A DNA stretch of 63,639 nt from an uncultured Planctomycetales bacterium (GCA_964570465.1 CAZMYG010000002.1:1-63639), one strand, 5' to 3'; positions 44,597 to 52,511 are shown, counted from the first letter of the stretch. Numbers and translations are program-made. The notes: generated from the sequence alone by a model not told the origin.

Positions 44597-47426
44597 CGCT
44601 CAGCCAGTCGCCTGGCTTCTTTTGGCGGAAGAGTCTCATGCTGGGGTACCAAGGCGAATCCTGCCGATCAAGTAACCATCGCCAATCAGGATTGAAGGGG
44701 AGGAGAGTCCAAGCGGGCTTTCCTAGGGCACCTACAAGATGGGTGACGGAAGTATCAACGGAAATTACCAAATCAAGTTGTTCTATCGCCCAAGCGGTCT
44801 CTGCAAAATCGGTAAGAAATGCAGATAGATCTACAATCGGCATAAACTTTTTGAGTTCCGTGCAAAAATTGCTAGCGGATCCTTTTTGCAAACTAAAAAA
44901 CTGTACGCCAGAAACCTCAGCGAGCGTCTTGAGATAAATTGGAGGCAGGCATCGACGATCGTTATCGACGTGCTTTGGATTCCCTTGCCAGCAAAGTCCA
45001 ATCTTGGGTTGGTTCTGTTGCTCTAAAATTCGGCGAAGTTGCGGCCCTGCTTCGATGTTTGCGCTTAAATACGGTGATTCCTTGGGGATGGTTTTCAGGG
45101 TTGTTTCAAAAATTTTTGGTAGATCGAGCAAGGGTACGTGCAGACAGTCCGGAGGCCTTTTTTGTCCCTTTTCGATGACGAGATCGACGCCTTGCATCGA
45201 TTTAAAAAGTCGTGAGAGACCTGGAGCGCATTCTACTGCGACCATGCCGACTCTGGATTTTACGAGTGCTGCGTAGCGGATGAATTGAATACTGTCTCCA
45301 GCGCCTTGTTCGGTGAGTAGCAAAACCGTTTTCTTTGGAGCCATTTCTCCATTCCAGGTTGGGTTTCTCAATTCATCCGAACTCAGCTCGGCACATTGCC
45401 TCAGTGCGGCGTATTCCTTCCATCCACGATCGAAGTTTCCTTGAGCGAGCAACAGGCAGCCACGATTGAATATGGCTTCCGAAAAATTTGGAACTAACTC
45501 AATGGCGCGATCGAAGTGGGCTAGAGCTTTGGAGTATTCCCCTTGGGATTGGTAATGCAAGGCAAGCATGTTGTGAACATTGGCCATGTCTGGATTGAGT
45601 TCCAGGGCTTTGAAAAAGCAGCGAGTTGCTTTTTCCCTCCAAAAGAATTGGGAATAGCAGATTCCCAAATTGCAGTAGGCAGAGGCCAGAGAATTTTGGA
45701 AATCCTTAGATGGAGTGTATCCTTCTTTGCTTTGCGCCTCGCTAAGTTCAATGCCTTTCTCTAGTTTTTCAATTGCTTGTCCCCAAGCTTTTTCCAAGCT
45801 CAGGATGTTTCCCCATTGTAGGTAGGCGAAAGAATAGTTTGGATTTTCAGTAGCAGCGCGCTCTAGATAAAACAAACTTTCATTTTTTTCTCCGCGCTCA
45901 AAAAGTAGAACGCCTAGATTGCAATGGGCTGTCGAATTTCTGGGATCCACCGAAAGTGCTTCGCGGCAAAGCCGAATTGCTTCTTGCGGGTTGCCTTCCT
46001 GGTTCATTTTTGCAGCACGATTGGCCAAAGAATTAGATTTGCATCGCGCGCTCAAGGGCTGCAGTTCTTTCGACACCTCTTCGAGCACAGATGCCCAATC
46101 TCCAGCACTGGGTTGACGAAACAATTTTGCGGAGGGATACCAAGGACTGTCATCGCGATCGATCATCCATCTCCATTCGGGCGAATGGGGCAGGAGAATC
46201 CAAGTGCGTTTGCCCAAGGCGCCAGCGAGATGTGCGACAGAAGTATCTACGCTGATGACGAGGTCGAGTTCTTCGATCATCGCTGCTGTATCTGCAAAGT
46301 CGGCCCACTGATCTTGATAGTTTTTCATCGGGATTGGCGAGGCGCTCAAATCAGATCCTGGAGTGAGTTTTTGCAGGCTGAACCATTCCACGTTGGGTTG
46401 ACTTGCTAATGGAGTTAGTTCTTGGAGAGGAATGGATCGCATTGAATCCTGGGCATGTCCCGAATTTCCTTGCCAGCAGATTCCGACACGCAAGGCATCG
46501 CTGGCATCTCCTAAGCGTTGTTTCCAATGTTTTTGGTTCGATTTTTCGGCACTGAGATAGGAAAGATACCGAGGCAGAGTTTCTTCGTTGCTGCGGAAAA
46601 TGGAAGGCAAACTGCCGATCGGAATTTGTAAGTCAAAGTGAGGCAGAGCTTCGCCAGCTAGATGTAGTTCGTCGATTCCAGGCACGGTAGCAAACAAACG
46701 TCCGAGAGCTTTTTGACATTGCAACAATACTTTCCCGCCACGGGCTTTCACCATTGGTAAGAAGCGAATCCACTGAATGGCATCGCCATAGCCTTGTTCT
46801 GCATGAACCAAAAGGCTCCGGCCTTGGAAATTTTCTCCCTGCCAAAGCGGTTGCTTGGGAGATCGAGAGATTTCTTCCGGAAATTGCAGACGCCATTCAT
46901 ATTCACGCCAACCCTTTTCAAAATCGCCGTGCAAGAGGTGGAGAATTCCTAAATTGAAGTGAGCTTCGATGGATTTTGGATTGACCAGTAGGGCTTGTTC
47001 GTAGCATTCCAACGATTTTTCGTACTTGCCTAGGAGTCGGTGACAAAACCCTAAGTTCATCCAAGCGGCTTCAAATAGTCTGTCGAGCTCGATAGCCAGT
47101 TGATACTCTTGAACCGCTTCTTCGAGTTTGTTCTCAAGTCGGTAGATATTTCCCCAATAGAAATGAGATTCTGAAAGTTCGGGATTAAGTTGAGTCGCTT
47201 TTTGAACGTGGTGTTGTGCATCTTCAAATTTTCCTAATTTTGCTAAGCACATCCCCAGTCGAGCAAGAGAGGAAGCATCTTGTGGGTTTTGTGTAAGGAC
47301 TTCTTGATAGCAGCGAGCGGCTTCATTCCATTGCTTGCGTTCAAACAAAGAATCGGCCATTTGTTCAAGGCTTTGAGTGGTCGTTGCCACGGTGTTTGAG
47401 GTGTTAGGCCCTGGCTTCGCCGACAT
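44532..47426 (-). CDS. Tandem (TPR + GT9-like) x2 glycosyltransferase
   Basis: Two modules. Module 1 has EQGYGDAIQWIRFLPMV ... DLVISVDTSVAHLAGALGKRTWILLPHSPEWRWMIDRDDSPWYPSAKLFRQ. Module 2 has EQGAGDSIQFIRYAALV ... DLVISVDTSVTHLVGALGKPAWTLLPFNPDWRWLLDRQDSPWYPSMRLFRQ. Each module is preceded by TPRs. The 3' end overlaps the convergent gene by 65 nt. Confidence 0.75.
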   Translation of the reverse strand: MSAKPGPNTSNTVATTTQSLEQMADSLFERKQWNEAARCYQEVLTQNPQDASSLARLGMCLAKLGKFEDAQHHVQKATQLNPELSESHFYWGNIYRLENKLEEAVQEYQLAIELDRLFEAAWMNLGFCHRLLGKYEKSLECYEQALLVNPKSIEAHFNLGILHLLHGDFEKGWREYEWRLQFPEEISRSPKQPLWQGENFQGRSLLVHAEQGYGDAIQWIRFLPMVKARGGKVLLQCQKALGRLFATVPGIDELHLAGEALPHFDLQIPIGSLPSIFRSNEETLPRYLSYLSAEKSNQKHWKQRLGDASDALRVGICWQGNSGHAQDSMRSIPLQELTPLASQPNVEWFSLQKLTPGSDLSASPIPMKNYQDQWADFADTAAMIEELDLVISVDTSVAHLAGALGKRTWILLPHSPEWRWMIDRDDSPWYPSAKLFRQPSAGDWASVLEEVSKELQPLSARCKSNSLANRAAKMNQEGNPQEAIRLCREALSVDPRNSTAHCNLGVLLFERGEKNESLFYLERAATENPNYSFAYLQWGNILSLEKAWGQAIEKLEKGIELSEAQSKEGYTPSKDFQNSLASAYCNLGICYSQFFWREKATRCFFKALELNPDMANVHNMLALHYQSQGEYSKALAHFDRAIELVPNFSEAIFNRGCLLLAQGNFDRGWKEYAALRQCAELSSDELRNPTWNGEMAPKKTVLLLTEQGAGDSIQFIRYAALVKSRVGMVAVECAPGLSRLFKSMQGVDLVIEKGQKRPPDCLHVPLLDLPKIFETTLKTIPKESPYLSANIEAGPQLRRILEQQNQPKIGLCWQGNPKHVDNDRRCLPPIYLKTLAEVSGVQFFSLQKGSASNFCTELKKFMPIVDLSAFLTDFAETAWAIEQLDLVISVDTSVTHLVGALGKPAWTLLPFNPDWRWLLDRQDSPWYPSMRLFRQKKPGDWLSVMEEVVDSLQSVLAARGATPR
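44641..44690. repeat. Right arm of a perfect 50-bp inverted repeat
   Basis: The sequence ctggggtaccaaggcgaatcctgccgatcaagtaaccatcgccaatcagg is the exact reverse complement of 44438-44487. The flanking bases on both sides mismatch. Confidence 0.95.
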
Positions 47427-49806
47427 GTTCTAAGGCCTCCAATGCCTTTTGTGCTTGCTCGTAGTTTGGCCAAATGGAAAGAGCGTCTTTGTAGGCGCGT
47501 TGGGCTTCTTCGATTCGCTGGAGGAATTTCAAAGATTCCCCTCTGCCAAAGTGGGCGATGGGGCCCAAGATTCCAGGCTGCACTGGAACCTGGAAGACCT
47601 TTTCTTGGATCTGCAAAAGTCGATCAAACATTTGCAAACTCAGATGGGCGTTCTTGTTGTGCAAGGCAAGGCAAGCAATCGCGAAAATGAAATTGGGCGT
47701 TTCGACTAGTCGCTGTTTCGCCTGAAGAAGCATTTCTAATGCTTCGCTGCTTTCTCCTCGGTGCATGCGATCGAAAGCATAAAAAGCATAGACCTCGGCA
47801 GCATAAATTTGTTTGCGCGCTTCGGAGGCCGGAAGAGCGTTTAGTAAGGTAAAGGCGCGTTCAATGGCTTGCTTCGATTCTTCGGGGGAAAAAGGGCGAA
47901 GGAAATTCGCGAATTGATACCACGAGTAAGGGTCGTTTGGATTTTGCTGAAGTTGCTTCTCAGTTAGTTTTCGATTTCGTTCGCGTTTCCCTTTCTGCGT
48001 TTCTATTTGATCCTGATGCCCGAAGTGAAGAATTCCAAACTCCGCGCGCAAAATTTCTTGTTTTCGTTCTTGAGCGAGTGCCAGCAACGGTTCCAGGATT
48101 TGTTCATGTACGATATTTTTGAAACGGATGCTTGGGTGATTTCTAAACAACCGAACGACATACAGTTCTTCTTTGACCGTTCCTTGCGAGTCGATGTTTT
48201 TTAAAGGCAGCTCGTAGGCAATTGCTTTCGAATTGTTTAACGCGTTGCGAATCCAACTTGCTGCTTCACCTTCCAGCACTTCATCTGCGTCCAGAAATAG
48301 AATCCATTCTCCACGAGCTGTCTCGATCGAGCGGTTACGTGCACGAGAGAAATCATCTTGCCAGGGATCTTCGATGATTTTTGCTCCGTAGCGTTTTGCA
48401 ATTTCGACGGTTCGGTCAGTTGAGCCGGTATCTACTACGATGAGTTCATCAATGATGCCTTGTACTGAGTGCAGGCATCGTTCCAACGAGTCTTCTTCAT
48501 TGCGAACAATCATGCACAAGGAAAGGAGCGGTGGGGCAGAGGGAGTTGTGTTTGCCCGATTGAGTGCTTGTTTCAGTAGTGGGATTCCAAATTTATTCCA
48601 GTCTGCTGTTGGTTCAGGATTACGTTCAAAATATTTGGTCAGCAATTCCAAAGCATCGAGCTGTTTTTCCTGTGAGAGTAGGAGTTGTGTATAGGAAAGA
48701 GTCGCCGGCAGATAATCCGGAGAAAGGTGTAAGGATTTCTGGTAGGCAGATTCTGCTTTCTCTTTTTGATTTAGCGCGACCCAGCATTGAGCAATTCCAT
48801 ACCAAGAAACAGGACCAGTGATTCCCCATTGCATGGCGATGTTGCTGACGGTATCCGCAAATTTCAAACAGTGCTGATAGTTTTTAATCGCCTCTGCAAA
48901 TGCACTTCGCTGACGCAAAATACATGCCTTGGCAAAGTAAAAGTTTGCAGAAAGTGGGAGTTCGAGTTTTTCTGCGGTATCGAGAGTCTCTGTTGCTTTT
49001 GCCGATTGTCCGGCGGCTTGTAATTCGCTTGCAAGCAACGCGCAAACTTCGGAGGCATAGAGCAAATTCTCACGATGCGCTTTAGGCATTGCCTGAATCA
49101 GGCCCAAGGATTTTTTCAGCGCTTCAATCCCGTGATCGAGATTTTGTTTTCGAAGCCAGTCCCCGTACTTGTACCAGGAGTAGGGATCGTCTGGAAAAAG
49201 TGCTAACTGCTTTTCAAATAATAGCTCGTATCTTTTATCCTTTTGTTTGCGCGACATTTCGTTGCGCAGATATCCGAAGTGTTTGATCTCGGCCTTGCAG
49301 TTTTCTGAGCGCAGACCCATCGGCTCCGCCACGCTTTGTAAATGCCCTAGAATTTGTTCATGTAGAGCGTAGATCCATTTCACGCCGGGAAGATTTCGTA
49401 TCAATCTCGGAAGCAAATAGTGATCTTCCTTGCCATCGTCTAATACATTTGAGAAGTGCAGATAATAGGCATAAACCGTCAAGTCTTTTGCGGCATTACG
49501 TAGAAGCGCTGCGCTGCCTGTTTGCAAAATCTCATCGGCATCAAGCCAAAGAATCCATTCTCCCGTTGCATGAGGGATCGCGGCGTTACGGGCCTCCGCA
49601 AAATCGTCATTCCATTTGTGAGAGAAGACTTTTGCTCCAAAACGTTTTGCGATTTCGATGGAATCATCGGTGGAGCCAGTGTCGACAATGATGATTTCAT
49701 CTACGGCAGGCGCTGCAGCTTCTAAACAACGTGCGAGAATGTGCCCTTCATCACGCACAATCATGCAAAGCGAAATGAGCGATGGCTTTGTGTGTGCCAT
49801 GCTCAT
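47404..49806 (-). CDS. Tandem (GT2 + TPR) x2 glycosyltransferase
   Basis: Two copies of the GT2 core. Copy 1: LCMIVRDEGHILARCLEAAAPAVDEIIIVDTGSTDDSIEIAKRFGAKVFSHKWNDDFAEARN...WILWLDADE. Copy 2: LCMIVRNEEDSLERCLHSVQGIIDELIVVDTGSTDRTVEIAKRYGAKIIEDPWQDDFSRARN...WILFLDADE. Each copy is followed by TPR-like helices. Confidence 0.8.
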   Translation of the reverse strand: MSMAHTKPSLISLCMIVRDEGHILARCLEAAAPAVDEIIIVDTGSTDDSIEIAKRFGAKVFSHKWNDDFAEARNAAIPHATGEWILWLDADEILQTGSAALLRNAAKDLTVYAYYLHFSNVLDDGKEDHYLLPRLIRNLPGVKWIYALHEQILGHLQSVAEPMGLRSENCKAEIKHFGYLRNEMSRKQKDKRYELLFEKQLALFPDDPYSWYKYGDWLRKQNLDHGIEALKKSLGLIQAMPKAHRENLLYASEVCALLASELQAAGQSAKATETLDTAEKLELPLSANFYFAKACILRQRSAFAEAIKNYQHCLKFADTVSNIAMQWGITGPVSWYGIAQCWVALNQKEKAESAYQKSLHLSPDYLPATLSYTQLLLSQEKQLDALELLTKYFERNPEPTADWNKFGIPLLKQALNRANTTPSAPPLLSLCMIVRNEEDSLERCLHSVQGIIDELIVVDTGSTDRTVEIAKRYGAKIIEDPWQDDFSRARNRSIETARGEWILFLDADEVLEGEAASWIRNALNNSKAIAYELPLKNIDSQGTVKEELYVVRLFRNHPSIRFKNIVHEQILEPLLALAQERKQEILRAEFGILHFGHQDQIETQKGKRERNRKLTEKQLQQNPNDPYSWYQFANFLRPFSPEESKQAIERAFTLLNALPASEARKQIYAAEVYAFYAFDRMHRGESSEALEMLLQAKQRLVETPNFIFAIACLALHNKNAHLSLQMFDRLLQIQEKVFQVPVQPGILGPIAHFGRGESLKFLQRIEEAQRAYKDALSIWPNYEQAQKALEALEHVGEARA

Positions 49807-51791
49807 GTGGATTCATTTCCCTTTTGATTTTCTTGGTGGGGATCTATTTGGGGTGTTTCTGCAACGCAAACTCGATTTCTTCCGGCGTGTTTCGCTGCAT
49901 ACAGAGCGCCGTCTGCACGTCCTAGCATTCCTTCGTATTTTTCTTGTTCGCTTGCCATTTCAGCGACGCCGATGCTGACGGTCAGCGTGAGGCCGCGTAG
50001 CCAATCTGCATTTTGTCGCCCCAGATCTTCGATGGAATGACGGATGCGCTCAGCTGCGAGGCGAGCATTTTCGATCTGTGCGCCTGGAAGTACGATCAGA
50101 AACTCTTCACCTCCGTAGCGGCCGACTAAGTCGCCCTGCCTTACCGTATTTCGAAGACGTTCACCGGTTTTTCGAAGCACTTGGTCTCCGGCGAGATGGC
50201 CTAATTTGTCGTTCAATTGTTTGAAGTGATCGATATCTAAAATCAGAATAGAAAGAGGTTGTTTCGTGCGTGCGGCTCGGTCCGCTTCTTCGGAGAGTAC
50301 TTCCATCAAGCGTCGGCGATTGAAAGTTCCTGTCAAAGGGTCCGTTACCGCCATGTTTTGAACGGTTTGGTAGAGACGAAAGTTTTCGAGTAGCAACCCT
50401 GCTTGGGCGGTTAGTCCCGCAAGTGCTTCCTCAGCGTGTGCAGGAATTTCTTGTTTGGAGCTGGCTCGATCTGCCGCCAGGAGATATCGAAGCGTATGCC
50501 CTTCTTGAATCGGAGCGAGGACTAACTCTTGGGAATTTAGATTTGTCAGTAGAGGGTGTTGAACATTTTCAGTCGCCGCCTTGAGTCGGATGCCACCAGC
50601 GGTCTGAAGCGTGTCGTCTGGGCCTAAAGAAATGGTGGTTCCCTCCAGCGCTGAACCAGTTCCATCGTGACTGGTTGCTTTTGCAACGGTGAATTGAGTA
50701 TTTGATTCTACGGCGAGGAGAAATGCTCTGTCGTAGCCCAACGTGCTGACGATTTCGGCAAGAAGCAAGTCAACGGGATCTTCCTCTCCGAGTCTTTGCT
50801 GAGCATTGATAAGCGCGCTGTTCAAAGAGCTCAGTCCTCGATTCGCAAGTTCTAATTGAACGGCAATTCGACCAAGCTCTGCATTAGCGCGTAGTAATGC
50901 TCTCTGCCATCTTTCTTCTTTGTCATCGCCATAACGGAAAATTTCTGCTCCTCGAGTTACTTCCGCGTGAATTTCATCAAAGGCTTTGGGCAGCTCAATA
51001 TTCGCAAGCATTTCGAGAACGCAAACACCAGGAGTCGGTGGAATGACGGTGTCCACTAGCCCATAACCCGCGCTCCACGCGAGGTGATCCGCGGTTGCGG
51101 TGAGTTGAACTAATTTGATGGCGCTTGGGCTTAGTGGCTCTCGTGCTTGTTCTGGGTGAGCGTGATAACGAATCGCTTCGACGAGTGGCTGGGGCAATCG
51201 CCAGCGAACGGCCAGTTTCGCTCCAATTTCGACGTGAGTGGTCTCAAAGATTTCTTGCTCAGCGCTAAGCAATGCGTCGCCTCCCTGTGCTTGTGCGCGG
51301 TGGAGGATTTCGCGATATGTGTCAGGCATAGACGAGTCAAACATCAGGATGCCAATTTTATGCAGCAGACTCGCCACATACGCTTCTTCTGGATTTTCAT
51401 AGTGGCCAGCATTGGAAAGCCATTTTGCCGCTGCAGCGGAAGCTACAGCGTGTTTCCAAAACAACATGCGATCGAGTTTTCCTTGACCACCTATTTTGGA
51501 GAGAGTGTCGAATACGGAGAGGCTTAACACGAGTGTGCGCACGCGACGCATGCCCAGAATTGTTGTCGCATACCGGATGCTTGATACAGAGAAGCGCAGC
51601 CCAAACGCCGCAGAATTGACGACTTTAAGTAGTTTCGCAGACATAGAAGGATCGCGGCTGACAAGTTCGGCAATTGTTTCTGCGGAAGCGCGATCGGAGA
51701 GAGTGAGTTCTAAGAGCTCTGTGGCGATTTCTGGCAGGGTAGGCAGAGTATCGACCTGTGAAAAAATCCGGTCGTTGATTTGCTGTGCCAT
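49803..51791 (-). CDS. HDOD - GAF-like - GGDEF diguanylate cyclase with an RxxD I-site
   Basis: HDOD N-terminus LPTLPEIATELLELT...DPSMSAKLLKVVNSAAFGL. GGDEF region TGTFNRRR...LILDIDHFKQLND..GH.AGD...VRQGDLVGRYGGEEF, with RQGD five residues before GGEEF. 4-nt overlap with the downstream GT2-TPR gene. Confidence 0.85.
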   Translation of the reverse strand: MAQQINDRIFSQVDTLPTLPEIATELLELTLSDRASAETIAELVSRDPSMSAKLLKVVNSAAFGLRFSVSSIRYATTILGMRRVRTLVLSLSVFDTLSKIGGQGKLDRMLFWKHAVASAAAAKWLSNAGHYENPEEAYVASLLHKIGILMFDSSMPDTYREILHRAQAQGGDALLSAEQEIFETTHVEIGAKLAVRWRLPQPLVEAIRYHAHPEQAREPLSPSAIKLVQLTATADHLAWSAGYGLVDTVIPPTPGVCVLEMLANIELPKAFDEIHAEVTRGAEIFRYGDDKEERWQRALLRANAELGRIAVQLELANRGLSSLNSALINAQQRLGEEDPVDLLLAEIVSTLGYDRAFLLAVESNTQFTVAKATSHDGTGSALEGTTISLGPDDTLQTAGGIRLKAATENVQHPLLTNLNSQELVLAPIQEGHTLRYLLAADRASSKQEIPAHAEEALAGLTAQAGLLLENFRLYQTVQNMAVTDPLTGTFNRRRLMEVLSEEADRAARTKQPLSILILDIDHFKQLNDKLGHLAGDQVLRKTGERLRNTVRQGDLVGRYGGEEFLIVLPGAQIENARLAAERIRHSIEDLGRQNADWLRGLTLTVSIGVAEMASEQEKYEGMLGRADGALYAAKHAGRNRVCVAETPQIDPHQENQKGNEST

Positions 51792-51910
51792 CCTCCTCTC
51801 CTCACGATGAAATTAGAAAGCGGATTCAACCGCGCATGAGGACTATTTTCGGAAATGCTCTTTCATAGACTTGAGTGAACTAATTATTAATTATCGACTC
51901 CGACTCAGTT

Positions 51911-52081
51911 TTATTGTTCTGCTTGTGCGCGTTTGCGGCCTTCTTCGCTGATTTCCATTTCGTCTTGGCCAGACTTTTTGACTTTGCTTTGTGCTTCGCT
52001 GGAGTTCCCATTTTCTTGCTGTCTTTGAACGCGCTCCGTGCTCGAAGCTGAACTGGACTGCTGGACTTGTTCTACAGCCAT
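51911..52081 (-). CDS. 56-aa polar ORF with a FlgM-like D-x-x-E-I-S-E-E motif; below the ORF-track length cut-off
   Basis: My translation is MAVEQVQQSSSASSTERVQRQQENGNSSEAQSKVKKSGQDEMEISEEGRKRAQAEQ*. An SD-like GGAAAGGGG lies about 8 nt upstream. It resembles the D.V.(L/I)S.EA core of anti-sigma-28 FlgM but lacks the usual C-terminal helices. Confidence 0.3.
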   Translation of the reverse strand: MAVEQVQQSSSASSTERVQRQQENGNSSEAQSKVKKSGQDEMEISEEGRKRAQAEQ

Positions 52082-52117
52082 GACAATACCCCTTTCCCTA
52101 GTTTTCCTTCACTCGAT

Positions 52118-52372
52118 TCAGTCGCCGAGTGATTCGCGAGACTTTTTCAATTCAACGCTGAGCTTTTCCGATTCAGCGAGCAGATCTTGTATTGCAGCTC
52201 GCAACTCTTCTGCGTTATTGCTGATCAATGCAGTTTCAGCACGAGTCAACATAAACGCCAAAAAGTTATTGCAGCGATGAATCACATGTCTTGCGACTCT
52301 TTTGGAGTCTAGACATACGCTCACTTCCCCATCTGCCTCGTGGTTCTTATGCATGCCGGATATTTCGGACAA
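52118..52372 (-). CDS. Hypothetical helical protein (78-84 aa)
   Basis: ORF with a TTG start at 52372 or ATG at 52354. The helical C-terminus LTRAETALISNNAEELRAAIQDLLAESEKLSVELKK is vaguely FlgN-like. It is divergent from fliO. Confidence 0.35.
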   Translation of the reverse strand: MSEISGMHKNHEADGEVSVCLDSKRVARHVIHRCNNFLAFMLTRAETALISNNAEELRAAIQDLLAESEKLSVELKKSRESLGD

Positions 52373-52470
52373 ATCTCTGACTTACCTTGAGCCTATTTGG
52401 CGATGCGCTTTGCAACACATTGTTGAAAAACGCAACAGCACGAGAGAGGCGCTCCCCTGGGAAAAGGAAT

Positions 52471-52486
52471 TGGCATCTGAGTTGCT
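52471..52486 (+). promoter_or_regulatory. Sigma-54 promoter (TGGCAT-CTGAG-TTGCT) upstream of fliO
   Basis: GG is at 52472-73 and GC at 52484-85, the canonical 12-nt offset. The match to TGGCAC-N5-TTGCW is 10/11. The predicted TSS is near 52497, followed by SD GGAGG at 52502-06 and ATG at 52512. Confidence 0.6.
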
Positions 52487-52511
52487 TTGGAGATTTGGTT
52501 TGGAGGTTGAA

